This document shows, one piece after another, positions 17,688 to 26,287 of a DNA stretch of 39,482 nt (its first letter is position 1; each line of letters opens with the position of its first letter). Location of the stretch: positions 1 to 39,482 of the forward strand of contig CAYLQR010000027.1 of the NCBI GenBank assembly GCA_964386365.1, given 5' to 3'. This DNA is from an uncultured Candidatus Saccharibacteria bacterium. GTDB lineage: Bacteria; Patescibacteriota; Minisyncoccia; Minisyncoccales; UBA1441. Under the pieces are notes generated by a model, which was not told the origin of the DNA, made no database searches, and was given only the letters and a program-made list of their open reading frames with translations. The position numbers and the translations under genes were made by a program.

Positions 17688-18439
17688 ATTATTATTTCCG
17701 TTCTAAAAAAAAGAAAAAAAGTAAAAAAAGCAGTAAATGGCTTTGGATCTCAGCTTTGATAACTTTTCTCACTTTAGGGGGAGCAATTACTCTTTTTTAT
17801 ACTCCGCTTTTCCAGTTAACTGAAGTACAATCTTCTTCTCCTTCAGTCTTCACTCAAGAAGAATGGCAAACTCTTGTTAGAAATAATTTTGAAAGGGGAA
17901 GAAGTCAAAGCTTGTTTTTAAATTTATCCTCTTTAGAAGAAAAGATCTTAAAAATTTGCCCTTCCTTAGCTAGCGTTTCTTTGAGCAGACAGCTTCCTCA
18001 TACTTTAATCGTTTCTTTTACTGAGAGAAAAGCTTTTTTAGAAATTCAAGCTGAAGAAAGAAAATTCTTTGCCGATCAAGAAGGATTTATTTTCTGGACT
18101 CCTTCTGTTCAAGAAGATATACCAACCTTGAAAATTCAGGGGACTAATTATCAGTCGCCAGTCGTAGGGAATTATTGGTTGTCTTCTTTTTGGGAAAATA
18201 TTTCTTCCATTTTCCTTTACTTTCAAGAAAGAGAAGAAGCTCTTTCTTTAGAAGAGGGGATTCTTAAGAATTCTCAAAGACTTGATATCATTTTATTTTC
18301 TGGTCCAACTATTTATTTTAGTCTTGAAAAGCCAGCAAGTGATTCTTTAAAAGCAGTGGAGGCTTTTTCTAAGCAGGAAGATTTTAAAAATTGGGAATAT
18401 TTAGATTTAAGATTTTCTAACCGTGCCTATTTTCGTTAA
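17684..18439 (+). CDS. FtsQ/DivIB-like cell division protein
   Basis: Basic N-terminus, one TM segment, POTRA-like RQLPHTLIVSFTER, C-terminal EYLDLRF. Confidence 0.72.
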   Translation: MNYYFRSKKKKKSKKSSKWLWISALITFLTLGGAITLFYTPLFQLTEVQSSSPSVFTQEEWQTLVRNNFERGRSQSLFLNLSSLEEKILKICPSLASVSLSRQLPHTLIVSFTERKAFLEIQAEERKFFADQEGFIFWTPSVQEDIPTLKIQGTNYQSPVVGNYWLSSFWENISSIFLYFQEREEALSLEEGILKNSQRLDIILFSGPTIYFSLEKPASDSLKAVEAFSKQEDFKNWEYLDLRFSNRAYFR

Positions 18440-18458
18440 GATGACTCTCCGTTTTTCT

Positions 18459-18532
18459 TTGACAAATAAGGAAAATATGTTACACTACAAAGGAAAGATT
18501 AAACTTGAAAATCTCTTTAAGCTTGTTAAAAT
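18459..18532 (+). promoter_or_regulatory. Two tandem sigma70-like promoters for grpE
   Basis: TTGACA(18459)-16 bp-TACACT with TG extension; TTGAAA(18505)-16 bp-TAAAAT with TG extension, 6 nt before the grpE ATG. Confidence 0.55.
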
Positions 18533-18538
18533 AGAAAA

Positions 18539-19012
18539 ATGACAGGAAAAAAATTTGATTCAGCCTCAAAACAACTAGAAGAATGCCAAAAAGAGAAAGA
18601 GCAATACTTAGAAGGATGGCAAAGGGCAAAAGCAGATTTTGTTAATTACAAAAAAAGAGAAAAGGAAGAAAATGAAAGGCAAAGAGAAGAAGCTCGAGAA
18701 ATGTTGATTTTAAAGATTCTGCCTTTATTGGAAGACTTAGAAAGGCTAGAAAAAGCTAGTCAAGAAAAAGTTGAATGGGAAAATCTTCAAGTTGCTATTA
18801 ATCAAATCAGCCAGAAGATAAAACAGTTTTTAAACAACGAGAAGATTTCAAGAATTAAGAGTGAAGGAGAAGAATTTGACCCTCGATTCCACGAAGCTGT
18901 AAAACAAGAAAAAAGTGATCAGCCAAAAGGAATAATTATTGAAGAAATATCTCCTGGCTATTTATATCAAGATAAGCTTTTGAGACCGGCTAAAGTAAAG
19001 GTCTCGGGTTAA
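18539..19012 (+). CDS. grpE: Nucleotide exchange factor GrpE
   Basis: RAKADFVNYKKR, FDPRFHEAV, GY....LLRPAKVKV. Confidence 0.95.
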   Translation: MTGKKFDSASKQLEECQKEKEQYLEGWQRAKADFVNYKKREKEENERQREEAREMLILKILPLLEDLERLEKASQEKVEWENLQVAINQISQKIKQFLNNEKISRIKSEGEEFDPRFHEAVKQEKSDQPKGIIIEEISPGYLYQDKLLRPAKVKVSG

Positions 19013-19051
19013 AAGGTCTTTTAAACTTTAATTAATTAACTATCAAATCAT

Positions 19052-19474
19052 ATGGCTATTATTCCATGGGATCCATTTCAAGAAGTAGGAAAATTTTTTG
19101 ATCAGGAAGATTTCCTACCCCTTTTACCAACTCGTTGGTTAAAATTTCCTTTGACTGATGTCTATAAAGAAGGAGACGATTTGGTTGTTAAGCTGGAAAT
19201 TCCCGAAATTGACCCCAAGAAAGTAGAAATCTCAATAGAAGATAATCTTCTGAAAATTCAAGGAAAGATGAAGGAAGAAAAAGAAGAAAAGAAAAGAGAT
19301 TATTATCAGAAAGAAATTCGGAGAACGGATTTTCACAAGGAGATTTCTTTGCCAACAGAAGTTCAGGCTAAGAAAGCCAAAGCTAGCTATCAAAATGGGG
19401 TTTTAATAGTAAAAATCCCTGAAGCAAAAAAGAAAGCAGCTTCAGCAAAAGTCCCTGTTCAGATTAAAGACTAA
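19052..19474 (+). CDS. Hsp20/alpha-crystallin small heat shock protein
   Basis: WDPF, DVY, ISLP..V, ASYQNGVL.VKIP. Confidence 0.92.
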   Translation: MAIIPWDPFQEVGKFFDQEDFLPLLPTRWLKFPLTDVYKEGDDLVVKLEIPEIDPKKVEISIEDNLLKIQGKMKEEKEEKKRDYYQKEIRRTDFHKEISLPTEVQAKKAKASYQNGVLIVKIPEAKKKAASAKVPVQIKD

Positions 19475-19571
19475 ATTTCTTGAGCTAAAGAGGGAGTCGG
19501 GGCTAACGACATTTGTCAGTCAGTCCTGGCTTGTTCTTTTCCTCATCGTCTCTTAAAAAATTATTAAGTTT

Positions 19572-21482
19572 ATGACTAAAATTATAGGAATTGATCTCGG
19601 TACTACTTTTTCAGCTATGGCAATCATTGAAGCTGGAGAGCCGAAGATTATTGAAAATCGAGAAGGAGCAAGAACTACTCCTTCAGTAATAGCGATTGAT
19701 AAGAAAGGCGAAAGACTCTGCGGAGTCTTGGCTCAGCGTCAAATGATAACTAATCCAGAAAACACCGTTTTTGGAATCAAAAGATTAATTGGAAGAAAGT
19801 TTTCTGATTCAGAAGTTCAAAAAGATAAAGATCTTTATCCTTACCAACTAAGAGAGGCCTCTGATGGAGGAGTAGAAGTCAAGATAAGAGATCAATGGTA
19901 CAAACCAATTCAGATTTCAGCCATGATTTTAGAAAAATTAAAAGCTGATGCTGAAGATAAGCTAGGGGTAAAAATTGAGGAGGCAATTATTACTTGTCCT
20001 GCCTATTTTAATGATGCCCAGAGGCAAGAAACAAAAGCAGCTGGAGAAATTGCTGGTTTTAAAGTAAGGAGAGTTATCAATGAACCGACAGCCGCCGCTC
20101 TTTCTTATGGATTACACCGTAACCAAAATCAACAGATTCTAGTTTATGATTTCGGTGGAGGGACTTTTGATGCTTCTATTCTTGATATTAGTGAAGATAC
20201 GATTGAAGTTAAGGGAACCGGTGGAGATACTCATCTAGGAGGAAATGATTTTGATCAAGAAATCATTGATTGGGTAATTAAGAAATTCAAGAACGAAACA
20301 GGAATTGATCTTCAAAAAGACAGTCTTGCCCTTCAAAGAATTAAAGAGGCAGCTGAAAAAGCAAAAATTGAACTTTCGACTACTTTAGAAACAGAGATTA
20401 ATCTTCCTTTTATCACTTCTACCGAAGAAGGACCAAAACATTTACAATATTCCTTAAGCCGAAGTGAATTAGAAAAAATGGTTGAAAATTATATTCAGCG
20501 TTCAATTGAGATAACAAAGAAAGTTATTAAAGAAGCAGATTTAGAAGTAAAAGACATTGAAGAAATTGTTTTGGTAGGAGGGCAGACTAGAATGCCTCGG
20601 ATACAAGAAGAAGTCAAAAAATTGACAAATAAAGAACCAAATAAATCTATTAATCCAGACGAAGTAGTTGCTATTGGCGCTGCTATTCAAGGAGGAATTA
20701 TTCAAGGAGAAATGAAAGACGTTCTTCTTCTGGATGTTACTCCACTTTCTTTAGGAATTGAAACACTCGGCGGAGTAAATACAATTCTTATCGAGAAAAA
20801 CACAACTGTTCCAACCAAGAAAAGCCAAGTTTTTTCAACGGCGGCCGATAGTCAAACTTCAGTAGAAATTCACGTTCTCCAAGGGGAAAGACCAATGGCT
20901 AGTGATAATAAAAGCTTAGGAAAGTTTATTCTTGACGGAATCCCAGCTGCCCCGAAGGGAATTCCTCAAATAGAAGTTACTTTTGATATTGACGCTAATG
21001 GTATTCTAAATGTTAAAGCTCTTGATAAAGGAACTGGTAAAGAAAAGAGTGTTCGAGTAGAAAATTCAGCCAGTATTTCTAAAGAAGAAATTGAACGCTT
21101 GAAAAAAGAAGCTGAAGCTCACGCTGAAGAAGATAAAAAGAAGAAAGAAGCTGTTGAACAAAAGAATCAAGCTGAATTCTTGATTCATACAGCTGAAAAG
21201 ACTCTTGAAGAAGGAAAAGACAAAGTTGAAAAGAATGAAAAAGAAGAAATTCAAAAAGCGATTGAAGAATTGAAGAAAGCTCTGTCCGAAGAAAAAAATG
21301 AAGAAATAAAAGATAAAAGTGCTCAACTTTCAAGTTTGATTCAGAAAATCGGAGCTAAGTTTTATCAGAATCAAGCTCCGGAAGGGAAGAATGATTCTAG
21401 CCAAGAAAAGCCGGAAGAAAAACCAGAAGAAAAACCAGAAGAAAACTCTTCTGACTCTTCAGAAGAGAAGAAAAAGGAATAA
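19572..21482 (+). CDS. dnaK: Chaperone DnaK
   Basis: [45 protein letters not shown]. Confidence 0.98.
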   Translation: MTKIIGIDLGTTFSAMAIIEAGEPKIIENREGARTTPSVIAIDKKGERLCGVLAQRQMITNPENTVFGIKRLIGRKFSDSEVQKDKDLYPYQLREASDGGVEVKIRDQWYKPIQISAMILEKLKADAEDKLGVKIEEAIITCPAYFNDAQRQETKAAGEIAGFKVRRVINEPTAAALSYGLHRNQNQQILVYDFGGGTFDASILDISEDTIEVKGTGGDTHLGGNDFDQEIIDWVIKKFKNETGIDLQKDSLALQRIKEAAEKAKIELSTTLETEINLPFITSTEEGPKHLQYSLSRSELEKMVENYIQRSIEITKKVIKEADLEVKDIEEIVLVGGQTRMPRIQEEVKKLTNKEPNKSINPDEVVAIGAAIQGGIIQGEMKDVLLLDVTPLSLGIETLGGVNTILIEKNTTVPTKKSQVFSTAADSQTSVEIHVLQGERPMASDNKSLGKFILDGIPAAPKGIPQIEVTFDIDANGILNVKALDKGTGKEKSVRVENSASISKEEIERLKKEAEAHAEEDKKKKEAVEQKNQAEFLIHTAEKTLEEGKDKVEKNEKEEIQKAIEELKKALSEEKNEEIKDKSAQLSSLIQKIGAKFYQNQAPEGKNDSSQEKPEEKPEEKPEENSSDSSEEKKKE

Positions 21483-22600
21483 TGGACAATCAAAACTTCA
21501 AAGATTATTATCAAATTTTAGGAGTCAAAGAAGATGCTTCGGCTGAAGAGATTAAGAAGGCTTATCACCGTCTAGCTCATCAATATCACCCCGATAAGGG
21601 GGGAGATGAAGAAAAATTTAAGGAAATGAGCGAGGCCTATCAAACTCTTTCTAACCAAAAGAAAAGAGCTCAATATGACCAATTAAGAAAAGTCTTTCGC
21701 CAAGGAGGAAGTTACAGCGGAGCTAACGGAGGGTTTGGTTTCAATCCCCAAGGAATGAATTTTGATTTTGACTTTAATAATAGCCGAGGTTTTGAAGATA
21801 TTATTGAACAGTTAGAAGAACTTTTTAATTTTGACTTTGGCCGAGGATATGCAAGACAGAAACGCTCTTCCTATCAAAGCGATATCCAACTTTCTATCTC
21901 TCTCTCCTTAGCTGAAGTTCTTTATTCTCAAAAGAAAAAGATTTCTTTGACAAAAAAAGTTATTTGTCCTCGCTGCCAAGGAAGTGGAGCAGAACCAGAG
22001 ACTGGCATGAAAGAATGCCCAGTCTGTCGGGGCCGAGGTCAAATTCCAAAAGTAGAATCAACAATCTTTGGAAGTTTTGCCCGTTATGCTCCTTGCCCAG
22101 AGTGCCATGGCCGAGGAAAAGTTCCTGAAAAACCTTGCAATGTATGCCAAGGAAAGGGTATTATAGAAAAGGAAGTAGAAATGGAAATTCTTATTCCAGC
22201 TGGAGTAGATTCGGGTCAAATCTTAAAATTAGTAGGCCAAGGGCAAACCAGAGCTTTTGGAGAACCAGCTGGTGATCTTTATATTAAAATTACAGTCAAA
22301 CCAGAAGAAAACTTCGAACGGCATGGAGACGATTTGCTAAGTCGATTATCGATTGAATATTCAGAAGCTGTTTTAGGAGGAAAAAAGAAAATTAAAAATT
22401 TAGAAGGAAAAGAGATAGAAGTAAAAATTCCTCAGGGGATAGAGGCTGGAGAAATTTTAAAAATCAAGAATCAGGGAATTCCTCATTTCCGCCGATTCGG
22501 AAGGGGAGATCTCCTCTTACAGATAAAGATTAAAATTCCCAAAAAATTAACAGCTAAGCAGAAAGATTTAATCAAAAAGATTCAGGAGTCTGGCCTCTGA
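21482..22600 (+). CDS. dnaJ: Chaperone DnaJ
   Basis: J domain with HPD, G/F-rich region, four CxxCxGxG repeats. Confidence 0.97.
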   Translation: MDNQNFKDYYQILGVKEDASAEEIKKAYHRLAHQYHPDKGGDEEKFKEMSEAYQTLSNQKKRAQYDQLRKVFRQGGSYSGANGGFGFNPQGMNFDFDFNNSRGFEDIIEQLEELFNFDFGRGYARQKRSSYQSDIQLSISLSLAEVLYSQKKKISLTKKVICPRCQGSGAEPETGMKECPVCRGRGQIPKVESTIFGSFARYAPCPECHGRGKVPEKPCNVCQGKGIIEKEVEMEILIPAGVDSGQILKLVGQGQTRAFGEPAGDLYIKITVKPEENFERHGDDLLSRLSIEYSEAVLGGKKKIKNLEGKEIEVKIPQGIEAGEILKIKNQGIPHFRRFGRGDLLLQIKIKIPKKLTAKQKDLIKKIQESGL

Positions 22601-22614
22601 ACAATCATTTAAAA

Positions 22615-22686
22615 GGGTCCGTAACTCAATGGTAGAGTAACTGCCTTTTAAGCAGTAAGTTGTGCGTTCGACTCGCACCGGACCCA
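22615..22686 (+). tRNA. tRNA-Lys (TTT), CCA not encoded
   Basis: Acceptor GGGTCCG/CGGACCC, D arm ACTC/GAGT, anticodon arm ACTGC-CTTTTAA-GCAGT, T arm GTGCG-TTCGACT-CGCAC. Confidence 0.96.
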
Positions 22687-22705
22687 CATTTTATCTTTTA
22701 TTATA

Positions 22706-23908
22706 ATGTCTAAAAAAATAATCGCTCTGCTAGCTATCGTTGGTTTAATAACCGGGGGAATAGGTTTTTTCTTGGGAAAATATTTTTTCCTTTCCCAAGG
22801 TCCAATTTTTTCATCGGTTTCCTCAGAACCAGATAAAGAAGTTGATCTTTCTGTTTTTTGGCAAACCTGGAATGCAATTCAGGAAGAATTTATTGGAGCC
22901 GAGACCTTAGACAAGCAAGAGTTGATCTATGGAGCCAGTTCTGGCCTCATAGAGGCCCTAGATGACCCCTATAGCACCTTTTTCGACCCAGAGGAGGCAA
23001 AGATGTTTAATGAAGCTCTTTCCGGTATTTTTGAAGGAGTAGGCATGGAAATAGGGATGAAAGATGAACAATTAACCATTATTAGTCCCTTAGAGGGAAC
23101 TCCCGCTCAAAAAGCCGGTTTACTTCCTAAAGACAAAATTATTAAGATTGACGACCAATTTACTCAAAAATTAAGTCTAGAAGAGGCGGTTAGTCTTATC
23201 AGGGGAGAAAGAGGAACAGAAGTTAGATTAACCATCAATCGTCCCGAAGGATTTAATGAAAAAGAATTTTCTCTAATTCGAGAAGAAATCGAAATGCCGA
23301 GTGTTAAATGGGAAGCCCAAGAAGAAGAAATTGCCTATATCCAACTTCATCATTTCTACAATAATACTGATCAGAAATTTGAAGAAGTAGCTTGGGAAAT
23401 TCTAAGCCGTCCAGAAATTAAGAGGATTGTTCTTGATCTTCGAAACAATGGTGGAGGTTATTTAAACGTTGTCCAAGAAATTGGAGGTTGGTTTTTGGAA
23501 AACGGACAAACTATTGCTATTGAAAAATTTAGCAGTGGGGAAGAAATATCTTTAACAGCTGAGGGAAATAGTAAATTAGTTAATTATCCTTTAGTGGTTC
23601 TTATCAACCAGGGAAGTGCTTCCGGAGCTGAGATACTAGCTGGAGCTCTTCGAGACAATCAAGAAATAACCTTGATTGGAGAAGAGACTTTTGGAAAAGG
23701 ATCAGTTCAACAACCAACTAATTTAATTGACGGATCAATGATTAAGATAACCTGCGCTAAATGGTTAACTCCTGACGGTCTTTCTATTGACCAAAGTGGG
23801 CTAAGCCCCGACATAGCCATTGAAATGACTGAAGAAGATTACGAAAAAGAACTTGATCCTCAGTTGGATAAGGCTCTAAAAATTATTAAAGAAATTAGCT
23901 TATTATGA
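22706..23908 (+). CDS. S41-family C-terminal processing protease
   Basis: LDDPYS, PDZ domain (GVGMEI..PLEGTPA), DLRNNGGG, SASGAEI, TFGKGSVQ. Confidence 0.94.
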   Translation: MSKKIIALLAIVGLITGGIGFFLGKYFFLSQGPIFSSVSSEPDKEVDLSVFWQTWNAIQEEFIGAETLDKQELIYGASSGLIEALDDPYSTFFDPEEAKMFNEALSGIFEGVGMEIGMKDEQLTIISPLEGTPAQKAGLLPKDKIIKIDDQFTQKLSLEEAVSLIRGERGTEVRLTINRPEGFNEKEFSLIREEIEMPSVKWEAQEEEIAYIQLHHFYNNTDQKFEEVAWEILSRPEIKRIVLDLRNNGGGYLNVVQEIGGWFLENGQTIAIEKFSSGEEISLTAEGNSKLVNYPLVVLINQGSASGAEILAGALRDNQEITLIGEETFGKGSVQQPTNLIDGSMIKITCAKWLTPDGLSIDQSGLSPDIAIEMTEEDYEKELDPQLDKALKIIKEISLL

Positions 23909-24351
23909 GAATTATTCTTTTAGAAAATATTCTAAATATCGGGAAGAAGCATGAAATTAAAGAGGTTTCCTCTGGCTACGCCCGGAATTATCTTTTGCCA
24001 AGAGGAAAAGCAAAAATAGCTGATACTGCTAATTTGAATAAATTGAAAATTCAGCAGGAAGCTGAGAAAAAACGCCAGCAAAAGAATCTTCAAGAAATTC
24101 AAGAAACTATCAAAGGACTAGAGAACCTTGTTTTAGAGGTATCCGAGAAAGTAGGGGAGAAGGGGGAGTTATTTGAATCAATTACTGAACAAAAAATTGC
24201 TGATCTTCTTGGTCAGCAAGGTTTTTCTCTTAATAAATCCCAGATTGAACTAAAAGAACCTATTAAGAATCTTGGGAATTACCCAATAGAAATCAAATTA
24301 GACTCAAATACTAAAGCTAAAATAGAAGTGCGTGTCAAGGCGGAGAATTAA
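23905..24351 (+). CDS. rplI: 50S ribosomal protein L9
   Basis: MRIILL..G....[13 protein letters not shown]; GELFESIT; PIKNLG. Confidence 0.96.
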   Translation: MRIILLENILNIGKKHEIKEVSSGYARNYLLPRGKAKIADTANLNKLKIQQEAEKKRQQKNLQEIQETIKGLENLVLEVSEKVGEKGELFESITEQKIADLLGQQGFSLNKSQIELKEPIKNLGNYPIEIKLDSNTKAKIEVRVKAEN

Positions 24352-24620
24352 CGAACGTTAACTATTTTAGCTACTCTTTGAGAATCATCGAAATTTTTCT
24401 TTCGGCGAGTAGTAAACTCAACCTTCCCGTCAGAAAGAGCGTATAGAGTGTCATCACTTCCTTTTTTAACATTCTTCCCAGGAATAAATTTTGTTCCCCT
24501 CTGGCGAACAAGAACCATCCCAGTTTTAACAGCCTGACCACCAAAAGCTTTTATTCCCAATCTTTTAGATTTCGAATCTTTCCCTAATTTAGTTGTCGAT
24601 TTACCAACAGTCTTTGCCAT
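24348..24620 (-). CDS. rpmA: 50S ribosomal protein L27
   Basis: [31 protein letters not shown]. Confidence 0.96.
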   Translation of the reverse strand: MAKTVGKSTTKLGKDSKSKRLGIKAFGGQAVKTGMVLVRQRGTKFIPGKNVKKGSDDTLYALSDGKVEFTTRRKKNFDDSQRVAKIVNVR

Positions 24621-24715
24621 AATAATTTGTAAGAATTATGAAGTCCTCGCTATTTTCTAAAATTATCAATTCTTAGCTATAATAATTTGTAAGAATTATG
24701 AAGTCTTCGCCATTT
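24616..24715. repeat. ~40-bp direct repeat with a 60-bp period upstream of rpmA
   Basis: ATAATAATTTGTAAGAATTATGAAGTC is identical at 24619-24645 and 24679-24705; the flanks are similar. Confidence 0.9.
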
Positions 24716-24779
24716 ACGGTATTTCTTTCTACTTATTCTTGATTATAGACTATTTAGTAAGAAAATTCAATTTTTCTTT

Positions 24780-24926
24780 ATGTTCCAAAGAGCAAAATTT
24801 TTTTTCAAAAGCCATTCTTCCTCATTGATTCTTAGCCTGACTGTCTTTTTACTCGTTCTTTTATCCTTTGCTCTTGGCTATTTAACCGGAAACCAGAATT
24901 CTATTATTCTCAAGGTTCTAGAATGA
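24780..24926 (+). CDS. 48-aa single-TM membrane protein (below the ORF-track cutoff)
   Basis: ATG..TGA frame read by hand: MFQRAKFFFKSHSSSLILSLTVFLLVLLSFALGYLTGNQNSIILKVLE; fills the rpmA-xer gap. Confidence 0.65.
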   Translation: MFQRAKFFFKSHSSSLILSLTVFLLVLLSFALGYLTGNQNSIILKVLE

Positions 24927-24933
24927 TTATTCT

Positions 24934-25869
24934 TTAATCTTTGAGAGGATGATAGCGACGATGAGTTCTAGCCGCATAACGGTCAGAAGCATTAACGTAA
25001 CGAGTAGTTGTATCTAAGGACTCGTGGCCAAGAAGAATCTGAATAGCGACTGGACTAGCGCCACTTTCAGCTAAATAAGTAGCGAAAGCGTGACGAATTC
25101 CATGAACATTAATAGGAACATTAAGTTTTAAAAGCTCTCTATACCTTTTAACTCTTTCTTCTAAATAATTAGGAGAAATTTTCTTTTCTTTTTGATTAAC
25201 GTTTTTTCCTCGATAAGGGATAAAAAGATAAGGGGATTCAGTCCGGCCTCTTTTTTCTAAATAGTTCTTTAAATGTTTTTCCGCTCGGGGAGTTAAATAA
25301 ACAAATCTTTCTTTTCTTCCTTTCCCTTTGATAAAAACTCGACCACTTTTGTCAATTTGATTACTTTTTAAGCTAATTAATTCTGAAATTCTCATTCCAG
25401 TTGAGAAAAGAACTTCTAACATGGCCCGATTTCTAAGAGCTGCTTTTTCATCTTTTTCAAATCTGCTAGGGGATTCAATTAATTTTACTATTTCTTGAAA
25501 TTCTCCAACCCGGGGATGCTTTTTATCTTTTCTTAAGAGCTCAATGCTTTCTGGGGCAATTGGCGCCTTATAATCCATCTTAATAAGATATTTCAAGTAA
25601 CCTCTCAAGCTAGAGAGAGTTCGGTTAATCGAGCCAGCAGTTAATTTCTTTTGAGGATTTTGGCCTAAGGCTGTTTTTCGATCCCGAGAAACTAAATAAG
25701 CTTTATATTCCTCAATCGTTCTTTTAGTAATTCTCTCAAAGGGGATTTTTACTTCTTCCTCTAAAAAGTTTTCAAAAGTTTTTAAATCTCTTTCATAATT
25801 ATAAACTGTTTCTGGAGAATAATTACTAACTTTAATGTGAAGAAGAAAATCTTCTAAATTTTCTAACAT
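24934..25869 (-). CDS. Tyrosine recombinase, XerC/XerD family
   Basis: N-terminal SAM-like domain (SPETVYNYERDL); catalytic R (GMRISE), K (KGRKER), HxxR (HGIRH), LGH, Y (TTRY). Confidence 0.93.
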   Translation of the reverse strand: MLENLEDFLLHIKVSNYSPETVYNYERDLKTFENFLEEEVKIPFERITKRTIEEYKAYLVSRDRKTALGQNPQKKLTAGSINRTLSSLRGYLKYLIKMDYKAPIAPESIELLRKDKKHPRVGEFQEIVKLIESPSRFEKDEKAALRNRAMLEVLFSTGMRISELISLKSNQIDKSGRVFIKGKGRKERFVYLTPRAEKHLKNYLEKRGRTESPYLFIPYRGKNVNQKEKKISPNYLEERVKRYRELLKLNVPINVHGIRHAFATYLAESGASPVAIQILLGHESLDTTTRYVNASDRYAARTHRRYHPLKD

Positions 25870-25967
25870 AATCTTATTTTAGGTTATGCTTTTACCCATA
25901 AAGCTTTATTAAAAGGGCTTAAATGGCCATTATGGAATTGAGCATTTGAAGGATTATACTCACTTTC

Positions 25968-25996
25968 ATCTTATTACTTTAAGGGAAATTTGTCAA
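25968..25996 (-). promoter_or_regulatory. Sigma70-like promoter upstream of the recombinase
   Basis: Minus strand TTGACA-17 bp-TAAGAT. Confidence 0.5.
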
Positions 25997-26011
25997 CTTC
26001 CCTATCAAAGA

Positions 26012-26287
26012 TTAATCAAAAATTTCAGTTAATTTTTCTTTCAAGAAATTTTTAAAGAAATCTTTAGTTGCCTGCCAAGCTGGATCAGCTTTTATTTCTT
26101 CTTTCGACTCTTGATAATGCTCTTCAAGTCTTCCTTTAAGTAAATTTGACCAAGAAACTATTTTTTCATCTTGAGATAAATTTTTCCCCTTATCCTTTAT
26201 CCAGGATAATAGATCGGGGTAAAACAAAAAAGCTCCTAATAATAGGAAAATCAATATCACAATGATCGTTCGAAAGAAACTAATCAT
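26012..26287 (-). CDS. Hypothetical protein with N-terminal TM/signal segment
   Basis: 91 aa; start overlaps the gltX stop (ATGA coupling). Confidence 0.7.
   Translation of the reverse strand: MISFFRTIIVILIFLLLGAFLFYPDLLSWIKDKGKNLSQDEKIVSWSNLLKGRLEEHYQESKEEIKADPAWQATKDFFKNFLKEKLTEIFD

Noticed and set aside
18504-18532. CTTGAAA as a sigma32 promoter
   Set aside because: No CCCCAT -10 element; TAAAAT fits sigma70 better.
21405-21445. 12-bp tandem repeat encoding EKPE x3 in the DnaK tail
   Set aside because: Ordinary low-complexity slippage in a disordered C-terminus.
24616-24715. Possible mini-CRISPR array
   Set aside because: Only two copies, fuzzy ends, overlap with the rpmA start codon, and no cas genes.
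24934-25869. Xer gene as the integron integrase for the attC-like site
   Set aside because: No evident IntI-specific insertion before the HxxR motif, 11 kb away, and in a housekeeping context.
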